From Hemiscyllium ocellatum (taxonomy: Eukaryota), in contig NW_026867509.1 of the NCBI RefSeq assembly GCF_020745735.1, positions 930,001-994,000 of the forward strand: a DNA stretch of 64,000 nucleotides. The letters are read 5' to 3'. Position numbers and translations under genes: made by a program. The notes below the pieces were generated by a model, which worked only from the letters and a program-made list of their open reading frames with translations, made no database searches and was not told the DNA's origin. Below, piece by piece: positions 35,680-49,450 of this stretch. The first letter of the stretch is position 1, and every line of letters starts with the position of its first letter.

Positions 35680-38600
35680 TGTTATGGACCAGGCTGGACA
35701 GCTCAAAACTATTCAAGAAGGTAGCCCTGACCCTAACTTTGCTCGTGTTTTAAGGAGGGATAAAGAGAATATTCCTGGGCGGGGGGTCTGGTGGAGAGAG
35801 TGGATTTCAGGTAGTCGAACCACATAGTTTCAAACAAAACAGAATGAAGCACAAACAACATAAAACAGAATACTGAATAACTTGACCTCTCACGAAAATC
35901 GAAGAGATCATTGCAAATAAATGATGCTGTTCCAAATATTTGCAGCAATCCCCATAAACAGCCCTTCCCTCAAAAGTTAAAATCAAACTCAAATTCTTTC
36001 AGGTGGAAGTCAGAGCGAGAGAGAAAAAGAGAGTCAGTAAGCTGGAAAGCCTCGGCCTGAGGCAGGATCTTTTAACAGACTGGCCCTAAAATCCGACGTC
36101 CCAGATTGTTCAGTGTCTGTGATTTACGATCTCTGAAAATAAAACAACTGACTGAATAACTGTGTTAAAGTAGCAGCTTCGTCACACCTACCCCTTTAAA
36201 AATAATGAACCAACAATATCCAAAGATGGCTTAATTTTTCAAACACTTCAATATTCATTAGTATTCTAAGACACACATATACCACTACATTTACTATAAA
36301 CGTGCACTTTTTAGTCTGTTTTACACCTGCCACCGAATGCCTGCGCTTCTCATTCGAGTCTTGACAATATGTCGGCAATCACACTTTCTTGTTCTATCAC
36401 ATGCACAATTTTCAGATCGAATGGTTGTAACAACAAGTTCGATCTGAAAGGTCTGTTTGTGTTGTCCCTAAGCGTCTCCACATTAACCAATAGGTTACGA
36501 TCAGTGTATATGATTGTCTTAGATACATTACTGATAACATAAACACTGAAATGTCGTAATGTCAACACCAAACGCACATATTTTTCAACCGTCGAATATT
36601 TCTGCTGATGAATGTTCAACTGCCTGGAGAAGTACTAGATATGTACTTTTGTCTTCTCGTTAACTTTTTTTTAAGAGCGTGGCACCAACACCCACATCAC
36701 TTGCTTTGATGATCACCTTGAATGGTTTTACAAAATTAGGTGTGGCTAATACAGGGGCAGTGGTTTACACAGGTTTCAGGCTGTGAAATGCCTTCTGACA
36801 CTTTGTTCTCCACTGAAACGTCATGCTTTTGTTGAGCAATTCAGTGAGTGGAACAGTCACACTGCCAAAATTTGGTACACATTTTTGAAGCATTCACACA
36901 ATCCCAGAAACGGCAGTATTGCTCTTTTAGGCAATCGTATGGGCAATTCCCGAATTACCTTTCTTTTGCATCGTGTTGAGCCATTTGCCCTGTTCAATAA
37001 CGTAGGCCAGGAAGGTCACTTGGGCTTTAACAAATTCACTTTTATGCCTTCCAAAGCCGATTGAATAAGTCTGATAAAGGTTGTAAATGTCACTTCTGTG
37101 TCGTGTATAATGATGACGAAAAGTCACCAGGACAACGATATATGCGACGCAGTTGGGCAACCCAGCAATTGGTTACTCTCTGAAATGTGGCTGGCGCATC
37201 TTTCATTCAAAGTGGCCTGACTTTAAACTCAATTTGGTGTAATGAAAGCCGAAAATGTGTCTGTTCTTTCTGAGAAAAGAACCTGTCAGTATCTCCGAGC
37301 AAGGCCAACTGAGAATAATAAGTTACTTCTTCCACCTTCATAACATAATCTTCCAATCACGGAATCGGGTATGCATCAGTCTTTATAACTGCATTGACTT
37401 TGTGATCGTCCACACATAACCGTTGAGTGCTATTTGGTTTTGGCACTATTACTATGTGTAAGTTCCAATCACTGTAACTCACTTCAAATATGTCTTGGAG
37501 TATATATTCAATCTCCTTGTCAAGCTGTGCCAACTTTGAGGGTTATGCCTGTGAGGATGTTTCGTCATCAGAACAGCACCTTCTATGTCTAGATCATGCA
37601 CAATTAAGTGAGTACTTTCAAGCTTAATTCCACTTACTCGTCCGAACCCCACCCCCACAACACCCAAACCCCCCCACCCCGCCTCCAGCCCATGTGATAG
37701 CAGCAATTCTTTCAGGAAAAGTCGATTTTCCTCTGGCAAGTTAAGTCAATAATTTTTCCCAATTTTTGACAGTTTCCTCATTGTCGAATTTAATTTGAGG
37801 AATGTCCAATTAAGAATCCTCTGAACTTGGCTCTTCCCTCTGTGTTGTAATCGGAAACATATTCTCCTGCTGCTTACCTTCCTTGTCAAGATACCTTTTG
37901 AGTATGGTCGCATGACACACTCTGTGAGATTTCTTTCTGTCGGGAGCCCTTATCAAGCAGTTCACCTCACTAAATTTCCTTTCGAGTTGAAGTTGGTAAG
38001 GTCCAAAAACCCTTGCCATTAAAGGTTTACCTCCCACTGGAAGTCACACTAATACTTTAGATCCCACAGAAAAATTGCGAAGTGCTGATTTCTTTTCTTC
38101 TTCTTGTTTCGTTATATACTGTTATGCTATTAAAACCCGTCTCGTCAACTCCTTGGCTCTATTTAATCGTTCCCTAAAATTTGACACATAATCCAAATAA
38201 GTCGCCTTTTACTTCTGACTATCAATTTCTATTTTCATCGATTTTAACGGTCCTCTCACTTCGTTGCCAAAATCTAATTAAAATGGATTGAACTTGATCA
38301 ATACATTTGTTGTTTCTCTGATCACAAAAACGCAAATGGAATTATCTTATCCCAATCGGCTGGACAGTCTTGACTATAAACCCTAAACATGGCCTTTAAT
38401 ATTTGAGGCCCCCTTTCTAGCACTCCCTGCAATGCTGAATGTTACAGAGTAGATCTAAATTGTTTTCATCCTAAGATGTCCATAACTTCCTTGAATAATT
38501 TTGATGTGAAGTCTGACCCTTGATCTGATTGTATTTCTGTGAGTAGTACTTACCTCATGGAAAATTTGAGTAATATCACGACAAACCTTTTACCTGCAAT

Positions 38601-39706
38601 CTTGTGAAATGCAACAGCCTCTGGAAATCTAGCCTTTTCGTAACACTCCTCTGTTTCTCTTTCATTATCTCCCTCTTCTCTCTGTCCTTCCTTATTTTTC
38701 CCTTCTGCTTTCAATCGTAATTCGTTGTCCTTCGCCTCTAACTCAAGTTGCTTCATTTTGAATTGATTTTTAAACATCTCTCAGGGCTCTGAAGGAGTTT
38801 CCAGCAAACATCTATGCTGAGCTCTTGCTGTAGGTAACTTTCATTTCCTCACAGAAGGAGGCAGCTCCAACTCCAGCATATCTGCTAATTACAGCGGCTT
38901 GGCCTTAATCACCTTTTGTAAAACCCGGAAGCCAGAAAACTCTTGGTAATTGAAAAAGCCATTTCTAAGCCAAGCACGATTTAAACTAACCAAAATCAAC
39001 ACCAAGAACAAAAGACGCAAGTACCTAACACTCACTGCCTTTGAATCCAACAACTCGAATCCCAATTTGGAACTAGAGCAAATCCAGGACGAGCCCTCAA
39101 CCTGTTATGGACCAGGCCAGACACCTCCAAACATTTCAAGAAGGTATCCACAATCAAAACTTTACTAGTTGTTTAAAGAAGATGTAAAGAGGATATTCCA
39201 GGAGATAATCAGCTGGGAAAACTCCGAGTGGTTTTCGAAAAGAAAGAATTCATTTACAAGATTACTGAATGAAACACGACCACGAAAATAACAAATAACT
39301 TCACCTTCCAAAAACGCAAAAGATCATCGCAATCTTATGATGCTGTTTCAAATACTTTCAACAATTCCCAAAAACATCTCATGGCACAAAAGTTCAAATC
39401 AAATGCAAGGCCATCCAGAATAGAAGTTAGAGAGAGTGTACCAGCCTAGACATGCTTCTGTAGATCCAGCAACTGTTTTGACACCACTGTTAAAAGAAAC
39501 CAGAGATATCTGAGCTCGTAGAAATGGCCACATCGCTTTCATTGACCAGCTTTCTTTCATTGAAAGCCTCCGCATGGGGCTTTATCCATTAGTTATTATC
39601 AAATTCGCCCTAAAACCGTCCACACCAGAGTTTTCAGTGTGTCATTTACGACTTCTCTGAAAAAAAAAGGCCAACATAACTTTGTTAAAGGAGCAGCTTC
39701 GTCACA
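35680..39706 (-). mobile_element. Gypsy LTR retrotransposon, Gmr1-like domain order (IN before RT), internally deleted and decayed
   Basis: LTRs 35,680-36,186 and 39,103-39,706 (tgttatggacc..gcagcttcgtcaca); flanks GAAG/GATG; PPT AAAGGGGTAGG; PBS TGAGGGCTCGTCCTGGAT (tRNA-Pro-like). Minus-strand order is gag coiled coil, RFPEA..EIQSDQG, GPY, RT, RNase H-like. Confidence 0.85.
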
Positions 39707-40769
39707 GATGACACGAATTCTGAAACCCCGCTCTCAGTGCTCTGCTGTCTTGGGGTATCAGTTGGTCCCACATTGCTGATTAGTCTTAGTTTCCCACTGT
39801 CATGACACGAAAGAACAGAACATTCTGACACAATATCTTTCATCAATTGGATGCAATTCCTCAGATTTCCAGTAGTCTTGCTATAAAGACTTTTTTTCTA
39901 CATGTTCCACTTCTTCATTTTGTTACAGGTTATCTTGCTGCAAAGTTCATTTTTACAGCCCAAATTGGCCATGCACCCTCTCCCGATAATTCCCCCTGTT
40001 ACGAAGTTGGAAGAGTATATGCTCACTTTAAGATACATAGTGCGTTCTGAATTTGAAAGTAAATTTGAAGTGCAAACACAACTGCTAGAATACAGAACAG
40101 CGAAGAGACGGACTGTTCCAAATTAGCTAAATGCCACAATGGCTGTTAAATGGTTACCTGAGTTTTGATTGTTGTTTTGACAACATTTCAAATTTGACCC
40201 ATTGATTTAATTAATTCCCAGGATACTAAAATCCAATAGAGTTTGAATTTGTTGCCTGAAAAAAATTGGGCCAATGAGAGGGAATGATATTGGAACATTT
40301 AAAAAAGGGTGCATTTTGCAAACTTACCAGAGCAACTGCCATCTGAAGATGTAAACATTTTACCTCAAAGAAATTTCAGCATGCACTATCCATCAAAAGT
40401 TTTTTTTCCCTGTAAAAGTAGGAAAAATTAACAAGATTACCCAGGGATGAATCGGAAGGCTGGAAGGAAGACCAGAAGGAAGACAGCATAAGAGGCTTAT
40501 GGAATTTGAGAAATTAAGCCAATGAAATGTTCGGTATTTGTGTAATTGGAACTGCATTTTAAAGGAATTGTGTTCAGCTAAGGGATAGTGGTTGGTTATG
40601 GGAAAGAGTGTTTATGTTTGAGCTCAAGTTCAGCTTTTGATTGATAGTAATGCCAGAAATTGTTGACAGTCTTAGATTCACCAGTGATAAAGCCACTGCA
40701 CCTTTGGATGAAATGTTTAGAACAAGTGTTATTTCAGATGTTCATTGCACGGAACTTGGTTCGCCCAAA

Positions 40770-41200
40770 CGTTACTTCCACTTAACAGTAGAAATTTGGG
40801 TGTTGTTGATGTCTTCCACGACATCATGAAGGTATACTATTTCAATGTGTCAGGAGTCATGTATGATTCCTAATATTTTGCAATCATCATCGCATGTTCG
40901 CACTTTTGACACTGTAATGGAGGCAAGATCATTGATGAAGCAGATGAAGATGGATTGACCTCGAATATTATCCTGAGGAACCCCTGCAGACATGTCCTTG
41001 GGCTGAGAAGGCTGGTTTGCAACAACAATAACATATTCCTTTGTGTTAGATAGCGGAGAGCTGGTCGCTTGATTCCCATTAATTCTACATTAGTTAGGGA
41101 TCCGAGATGGCATATTACTCAAATGCGGCCTGTAGTTTACAGGCAGTCATTCTCTTCTCTGATATGGAGTTCATGTGTTGTTTCCACTTTTAAACTAAGG
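40770..41200 (-). mobile_element. Degenerate LINE fragments
   Basis: Short pieces resembling the old LINE family (gttgttgatgtcttcc..., attctcttctctgatatggag); weak. Confidence 0.4.
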
Positions 41201-41689
41201 CTGCAATTAGAAAACGAGTGATCCTACCTTGATCCAAGATGAGTATAAATCACCTGCACAAACACAACCTGATGGCACTATCGATAGAATCATCCAGCAC
41301 TTTCTTGGTGATAGACAGTGGACTGTTCGAACATTAATTGGCCGGATTGGACTTGTTCTTATTTTTATAAGAAGCAACGTAATTGGGCAGCATTCCACTT
41401 TACAGATAAGTGTTCGTGTTGAAGATAAAATGGAATAAGTTGGCTGACGGCACGAATGTTGGGAACACAAACCAGAGTTATATCCTCGAAAACTGCAGGT
41501 TGAGTTCTTTACATTTCGTACTTGAGGAATGTACAAGACAGCAGAATTGGAGGCATGTGGTGATAGCAGGTGTCTATGAATTCCAAATGGATACAAATGG
41601 CAACATTACTGTCCTTAGAAGCATTATGAAGAGTTTAATCAAAATGAGGTGATGCCAAGCGGATCACCAATCTTGGTCAACATGCCTGC

Positions 41690-42010
41690 GTCAAGGGCTG
41701 AAGTGGATACTATACGAAGGTGAGGAACTCAGACTCGATTCCAGCCTTGTCTGTGTAGGGTTTTCACACTCTGCCTTCGGATTCGTAAGTTTCTGCTGCA
41801 TTGTCAGGATTCCTCCCATAATCCAAGATATGCAGGTAAGATGGATTGACCAAGCTAAATTGCGCCATTGTGTCCAGGTAATATGAAGGCTAGATGGGTT
41901 ATCCCTTAACAATGCGGGGTTATGGGGTCATAGTTGGTATGGACGGGATGCTCTCCGGAGATTTGGTAAATACTCGAAACGCCAAACGACCTCTTTCCAC
42001 ACCTTAGTTA
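41690..42010 (+). mobile_element. Degenerate V-SINE/HE1-like SINE
   Basis: tcctcccataatccaagatatgcaggtaagatggattgaccaagctaaattgc aligns with the 23.5-kb SINE. Confidence 0.65.
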
Positions 42011-42257
42011 ATCTATTTAACTATAATGTTTGAATGGATAGGTGGATATTACCAGAAAGAAGAAATTGTAATGGGATAGATTTCAGGAACTGCGGTATTG
42101 ACAAATGATGTGTCCTGAGTGAGTCTATGTTTTAGAAGAGTCATTATCTCAGAGAGATGAATGATTTTTTGAGATGATATTAGTAACAGACTGGATAAGA
42201 CAATGGCTGGCATTTGAAATTGCAATACTAGCCTCTCTCCCTTTTGACTATTTACAT

Positions 42258-43138
42258 GCAAGTTGATGATAATCGTAAACATGTCCTGAAGATGGTGCAG
42301 ACTCCCACGTTGTATCACATACTATCTGATGGCGATAGGTTTCACGGATTTCCTTGTTATTATCACTGGGTGCATTCTGATTAGAATCGGCCACATTTAT
42401 CTTCGATACACAATCTGATCTTTTACACGAGCGTGTGCGTTTAACGCAAGATTGGTCTACATCAGCCATGATGGATCAGTCTGGCTGATAGTGGCGTTCA
42501 GCATTGATTGTTTTGTGACAATCATTTGCCCGATTCTGAGTACCAGATACTGCAAGGAGAAAACTGCATTGCTCGTCATAGGCGTGATCTGATCCTTGTT
42601 CTGCAGCAAGAACGTCGCTTTGCACTTTGTCTCTCAACCCTTGGCTATACTGGATGGGATGCCTTCGTCCTGTGGCATTGAGCCCATCTTCTTCGCTTCA
42701 CCTGTTTGGCAGGCCTACCACTACGGTGGCCGTATCTTAACTCCATTTCTCCCGTTCTTTCTCATTCTACTGCCCAACGTCCTCACTGTTAGGCATATCT
42801 CAGAAGTTACCGTGTCACATAAGAGGCTCAGTGGCTCTCAGAATGGTGATGATCAAGAGATGGCCAAACGCAAAAGGCCCATTGTTTTGCTGTATGATAT
42901 CTCCAACAGTTTTCTACTCCTGTCAGGCACATGTGTAGGACGATTCCTCTACATTCAGGTTACAGGAGAGGATTACATTGGTGGCCAAGATTTTAATGAC
43001 CCACAATACATCCTCTCAGAGATGACAAATATGCGTCAGTTATTCATTTCCTGCATAAACTTCTTCATGTATGTGCTAGCTCAGAAAAAGTCCCGAGAGG
43101 AATTGAAGGAGGTGCTAATGCATCCTATTACCTTATAA
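42258..43138 (+). pseudogene. GPCR-2 exon 2 pseudogene (possible deleted exon 1 at ~40,381-40,412)
   Basis: Homologous to GPCR-1 throughout. Acceptor AG->AT; in-frame TGA at 42,287, 42,416 and 42,590; ORF 42,596-43,138 with TPFLPFF..NDPQYI..SCINFFMY. Confidence 0.88.
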
Positions 43139-44059
43139 CCAGTTGCCTTAAATTGCAAAAAAGCGCAACAGAAAATCCCCACATAAGTTTTCCTACATCA
43201 TTGTGTCTCAGAATGTTATGCTGCATTACAATGCTGAAACAAATGTTGTGTATTTAAGCTCCTGAACTAGTGAAATGTAAAACTCTCTCTGCTACCAATA
43301 ATTATAAAATACAGAAAAATTGGAGGTTCTGCATTTCTGGGTGGCGTGGGAAATCAAAATCTACATCGATGGTCACAATTATGAAATTAGGAGAGGGGGG
43401 AAGGAAATATTTAAAGAATTTCCCCAGTGATGAGGAACACCAGGAACATCAAAGTATAGGAAAGTTTATGCCTAATTGCTTGGGAAAAGAAAAGTTTGAA
43501 CCCGGGTGAAGTATAAGTGTTTAGAATGACAAGGACTCTGAATAGACTGGAGGAAGGTAACGGTTCCCTATGATGTAAGGATTTACAGGCAGCAAATGGT
43601 ACACATTTCAGGCACACGGGAGACGAAAGGACAATGGTATCATAATTTCAATAAACACAGAGAAAGTATAGAAGTTATGGGAATCTAACTGAGAATCTGT
43701 TACAGGCAGGTTCTACAGAAACTTTCAAAAAGGGAAAATAAATTTCAGAAACATAAATATAGTCCTCATCTGTGGAAGGCGACTGGCCCGAGATAAATTG
43801 CTCTTTCAGGCACATTCACATTAGCCGAATGGCTCTTTTTTTGTTCCAATATGTCTATGTTCCCAACATTCTTCTTAGGATCATGAACTCAAATTGACTT
43901 TTCATAGCATATCCGTTAACAAAGTATGTCTTGTTCATGGCATTGAAATCATGATAATGTATATTGCATGAATCTGTTTAAAAACATAACTGCACTGGAA
44001 CCAGACTCAGTTTACATGAGTACATCAAGAGTACATCAAGTGATACCTCTGGTTATAAT

Positions 44060-45300
44060 ACAGCAAAACTTGACTCAATTTAACCTAAAAGCTTGCCCAG
44101 TTACTGCATAGGAGCATATGTCATAGGACTCGAATATGTGTCCATTCGTGCATACTGCGATAATCAACAGGATAATGTCTGGTAAGGCTTTTCTCTCATT
44201 TCCACCTTTGGATTCGGTGTCGTCATTACTGGAATTGCATCCAATCAAAGCACTGGCCTAAAGTATCTTGTTGGGCAAGTGTTTTCATACAGTGATGGCC
44301 CTTTGCGGGATGCACAAGTCACTGCTCCAGTGATTTAAAAACGCAGTGAACAGTTTCCTTGATTTCTGATGCAACTTCAATTTTTTATATGTTTCAACTT
44401 GCGAAGTATTTTGCTGGATTCACACCCGTTCTTTCTTCGAATTTTGGATTTCTACATTAGAATTAATGTTCCACATCAGGATTGTAACAAATTTACACTT
44501 GATCTGTAACTTGAAATTCACAGATATGAATGATTGCGCTGGAATTTCCTCTGGATTTGACTTACAATATTCCAATGTGAACTTTTCTGATTGATATTCC
44601 AAACAGTTTTATTAATTGCACGGGTTAATATTCTGCAGACAGAGCGGCTAGTAGAATGACAATTCAGTTAACCTGGAATTACATAGTTCATTTAATGGCG
44701 GACGTGAAACGGTAAACAATTGATATGACTTAAGATCAACAATCTTTGATATCGTTTAGAAGTGTATTGCCAGAGTTCCCTGGTGTGCATGTGTATCCTG
44801 ACAAAGCGGTTGATTCTTAATTAACCTCCGAATATATTTTTCAATGCACAAAATTCAAAGGGCAATTAGGGAAAGGCAAAAATGCTGCCTTTACCAGTGA
44901 CAACTGCTGGAGATTTCAGGGATACTGCTTTTTCTCGTAGTTTGATCACGTGAAACGCTCGTTCCAGGTGAAACTGTTGAAAACAGAACTCACAAACTCT
45001 GCAGTACATTGCTCCTCTCAGAGACCTATTCAAACCAGAATTGAAATGGTTCATCTTTTGACCGTACATATTCAAGCAAAACTTCAATATTTATAAATAT
45101 ATTCTTAAAATGGATTGATGCTGCCAGTTTAGGAAATGAAAAATAAAGAACGTGTTTTGGGCCTTTCTAAAAGTCTCGAAGTTTTTCCCCATTAAACAAA
45201 TGGGGCGCTGTAGAAAACCTAAGAACCAGTTTAGTAGAGTAAAATCTTACTGCAAGTAACTGCAGCACCGATTCGAGTAACATTGAAATGTTACATGGTT
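44060..45300 (+). pseudogene. Inverted, decayed TCR V cassette of the V1/V2 family (promoter remnant, leader-like exon ending ~44,181, V 3' half ~44,900-45,030, dead RSS, 3' flank)
   Basis: TTT GAT CAC GTG AAA CGC TCG TTC CAG GTG AAA CTG TTG AAA ACA GAA CTC ACA AAC TCT GCA GTA (FDHVKRSFQVKLLKTELTNSAV) vs V2 FDHVNRTMQLKVLKTVLTDTAV; flanks align to V1/V2 flanks. Confidence 0.8.
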
Positions 45301-45499
45301 CCAATACGAAAATACTTGAAGAGACAGAATCATGTCAAACACAAAACAGTGGCATGGTGTCATTGTATCACTTTAAACAGAAGAGGGAATAACAGGTATG
45401 CAGATGTAGAGAGAGAGATTCTGAGCCTCCTATTCATCAGGTTGAAAGTCATTCATTCAAAAGTCTCTCCAGGACAAAGGCTTTCACATTGCAGACAGA

Positions 45500-45800
45500 G
45501 ATGATAACACACACACACACACAAACCTATCGACCAGCAACATTTCATCACTTTAACAAGAGAGACAGATAAAGGGAAAGAGATGCTGACTCTTTTCTTC
45601 AGATAAAGCTCCGAAACAACAGACAATCCATTGCACACAGGTACAGATATAGAAACATACACAAACATAGAAACGCACATGAATATACACTAAATACAAA
45701 AATACGTACTTACAAACACACATGGATAGTTACGAGCAGAGATACAGAAACACACAGATAGAGAAACAAAAACACAAATATATGGACGCATGTACTCACT
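45500..45800 (+). repeat. CA/GA-rich low-complexity microsatellite region
   Basis: acacacacacac and decayed ACAC/AGAG runs. Confidence 0.8.
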
Positions 45801-46139
45801 GTCTGGGTATCTCTGACAGTCCATCTCTCGAATTTCCCTTGTGCAATCTTGAAAATGTCAAACTTCGGAGACATTCTGAGAATAGAGTTCATGAAGCGCG
45901 TTCCCTGTGGGCTGGAATGTTGCTAACTGAGCTCACATTCTCCGGATAATGCGTCATTAATTTAGGAATGAAGTGAGGAAACATTACTTCGCACAAATGA
46001 TTATGAAACTTTGTAATTCTAAATTAAATTTGTAATGAATCAACAAAGTAATTCCACCGCAATTATAAGATATAAATAGACATCTTTACTCTTGGTGTGA
46101 AACTAATGAACGGTCACACCAGGGAAAGAGTGATTTGCC

Positions 46140-46800
46140 ACACAATTCCCCGGTCACTCTGCATTTTATTCTGTATTGGGTGCAGGTTTGCTTGCTGAAC
46201 TGCAGGTTTGATATCCAGACGTTTCATTATCTGGCTAGGTAACATCATCAGTGGCGACCTCCAAGTGAAGCGAAGCTGTTGTCTCCTGGTTTCTTTTTAT
46301 ACCTTTCTCCTGGAAGGGGTTCCTGGGGTTTGAGGTGATGTCATTTCCTGTTCGTTTTCTGAGGGTTTGATAGATGGCATCTAGATCTATGTGCTTGTTT
46401 ATGGCGTTGTGGTTGGAGTGCCAGGCTTCTAGGAATTCTCTGGCACGTCTTTGCTTAGCCTGTCCCAGGATAAATGTGTTGTCCCAGTCGAAGTGGTGTT
46501 TTTTTTTCATCCGTGTGTAGGGCTATGAGGGAGAGAGAGTCGTGTCTTTCTGTGGCACGTTGGTGTTCATGTATCCTGGCGGCTAATTTTCTTCCTGTTT
46601 GTCCTGCATAGTGTTTGCGGCAGTCCTTGCATGGAATTTTATATATGACGCTGGTTTTGTCCATGGGTTGTCCTGGGTCTTTTAAGTTTGTTAGTTTTTG
46701 TTTGAGAGTTTTGGTGAGTTTGTGTGCTACAAGGATTCCGAGGGTCCTCAGTCGTCTGGCTGTCATTTCTGAAACTGTAATATTTAGTATAGTCACAGGA
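46140..46800 (-). mobile_element. Penelope-like element 3' part (GIY-YIG)
   Basis: Minus-strand VIYKIPCKDCRKHYAGQTGRKLAARIHEHQ..FDWDNTFILGQAKQRRAREFLEAWH. Confidence 0.92.
46215..46254 (-). ncRNA. Minimal type-I hammerhead-ribozyme motif with intact core
   Basis: CCA-CTGATGA-T-GTTACC-TAGCCA-GATAAT-GAAAC-GTC-TGG: stem I CCA/TGG, CUGAUGA and GAAA boxes, GUC triplet. Confidence 0.7.
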
Positions 46801-48809
46801 TAAGTATGTACGTTAGATGAGGACATGAAGTTAACAGTGAGGTAACCAATTCAGTTTTACAAATGCTCTGAAACTTTCGATGTGAACATCAATCCCATAT
46901 AATGCACAGTAGCAGCACAATACCCAGTGTTCCCTATATGATCTAACCAGGGTTTTGTACATCAGCAGCCAACCTGACTTTCCGTCTTCTCTATCACAGC
47001 CACCATAATAGGTTGTGTATGAACAAAGATTATTTTGAACGCTGACTGATATAAATTAAGGTGTATTGAACATGAAAAAATATCTTAAAATGGACATCAA
47101 ATTTGAACTTAACTTTTTGAATTCATACACAGAGTTGCACAGCACAGAAATGGACAGTTTGGCTTGACTTGTTCATGCTAAACAGATGTTATAAATTGAT
47201 TGTGTCTCATTTGCTGGAATTTGATCGATATCTTCCAAAACTCTTCCTATTCATGTACCCATCCAAATGACTTGCAAATGTCCTAATTGTACCCACCTCC
47301 AATTGTTCCTCTTGTAGCTAATTACACTCATGCACCACCGGAACACCCTTTTTTTTACGCTATTATTATTTCACAAACAGTATCAGAGACCAGACTGCAA
47401 GCCAAGATTTTGTTGGGTATGGAAAATGCGTTAATAAACACAAACTCTGTATATGCCCTGAAACTACGTGAAATCAAATTCAAAAACATTACCTTTTATC
47501 TCACAATATCTCCTGTCCATGTCCGGACCGTAGCAATAGCATCATGAGCAATGCAATACCGACTTGATCATGAGCCCTAAATATTGTGAAAGACGCATGC
47601 ACGATAAGGTTACTTGGTCTCTGGCAAATATGAAAGAAAGCAAAACGTGGGAGAGTCATTGGAGGTGGTTGCAGGAGCGTGGAGCTTTCATAAACACCGA
47701 GTGCAGACCTCAAACCTCGAATAATGCACTCATGGCCCTGTTTTGACAGCCACTAACCTGAAGCTATTCGGCCAAGTATCTCAGCGACAAGCCTTGCCTA
47801 ATGGTTGACATCATTTTTGGTGGGGTGCAATGACTATCAGCGTACATGCGCGCTAATTCTGAGTTCAGAGAGGAACGCCACGAATATCTCTGCAAAACGG
47901 ACGGGGATGAAGTTTATAAAATCGTTTTGTTGGGGATTTATCCACGGGGAATTTAAACCAAGAGGAATGGTGAAGGAAGACTGGAAGTACAAAGAAATTC
48001 ATGCCTGGCAGAATCTTTGGAGGGACACGCAGCGTTCCTAATAAGGTACATGAGTTGCTGAACTTGAAATGTTCGTCCTAATTTACCCTACAAACATGAT
48101 GCTGGGCCAATTATGCTACTCTTTCATTTCAGATCTCCAAAACTTGCAGTATTGCATACTTGTTCAAGAGAAATATTTGTCACTTCTGCATTTCTATTCA
48201 GAACTGGTATTGAAGGCCTTAATTATGTTTTTTTTTTCTGCAGTACCTTTGAAGCAGAGAGTTTATCACTGAGAAGCTGAGCTCAGCCGTCACATCAAGA
48301 TACGACACAGGGATGTGAAATTCTTCAAGATCTGAACATCATTTGTTTTGAAGTTGGAACACAAATGTCCATTTATTCTGTCTGTCGGCAACACTGCAAG
48401 GAACAGTAAGAGCCATTGGGTGGAGACGCAACTTCAATGGGTATGAATGGATTGGAGGCAGATAAATTGCAATCACTATGATGGGTGAACATTGTACTGC
48501 TTTCAAGCAGAAATAGTTCTGACAAGATCAAGGTATATTCTCATCAACGGTGGACACAGTGGTCACAAAGCCAATGCTGTCTTGATGACAAAATAAAGAG
48601 AGAAATTGACATTCTCAAGAAAAAGTCACTTGTTGATAAGCTTGAGTTTGATAGGTTAATGATAACCAGGATAAATTTGGACTCATTCGACAGAAGTGAA
48701 TAAATAAATGTCAGAAGCGGAAACAAAGTTTCAAAAGATTGTCAAGCTAACTTGGCGGTGAAGCAAAAGCTCTTCAATAGGTATGTAACCAATAAATGTG
48801 CAATTAAAT

Positions 48810-49450
48810 GAACATAAATTGAGTGTGGAGAAGCTTTCAAAAGATCATCCAAACTGGAGAGATTCAATTTTACCTGCACCAGAGATTGTGGAAAAGGGTT
48901 CAAATACCCGTCCGAGTTGGAAATTTATCAACAAAATCACACTGAGTAGAAGCAATTCATTTGTTTGAAGTATGGAAAGGGATTTATTTGGTATTCACAT
49001 ATGCTGACATCTTAGCGGTTTCACGCTGAAGAGGAAAGAGACATTTTAAATCTCCAAATTGCGAGAATTTCTCTAAAAGTTCTAGTGAACTGAATTTTCA
49101 TCAACGTGTTCATGAGGACAAGAGACAATTCGTCTTATCTCTCTGTAGCACTAGGTTCAAGTGATCATCTCAACTCGTTGTACATCTGCGGGTTCATGCC
49201 ACATGACATCATTCTCCCACTATGACTGTGGGAAAACATTTACCACTTCATCCAAACATTTGGCACACCAATGATTCGTATTGTGAATAGACCACTCTCC
49301 TGTCTTGGGTGGGGGAAGGATTTCACTAATTCATCTGAACTGGTGATTCGTCAGCGTCTTCACTCTAGAACAACGCCGGTTTTTTTTTGCCATAAATGTG
49401 GGAAATGATTCATTTTCATCCAATCTCGTCATACAGTAACAAATTCACAA
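48810..49450 (+). pseudogene. C2H2 zinc-finger array pseudogene
   Basis: [33 protein letters not shown].., CGKTFTTSSKHL.., CHKCGK*F; multiple stops and frameshifts. Confidence 0.8.

Noticed and set aside
46455-46826. ORF listed as plus strand in the supplied track
   Set aside because: The translation matches the minus strand (ATG at 46,826, TAA at 46,455); treated as part of the minus-strand Penelope element.
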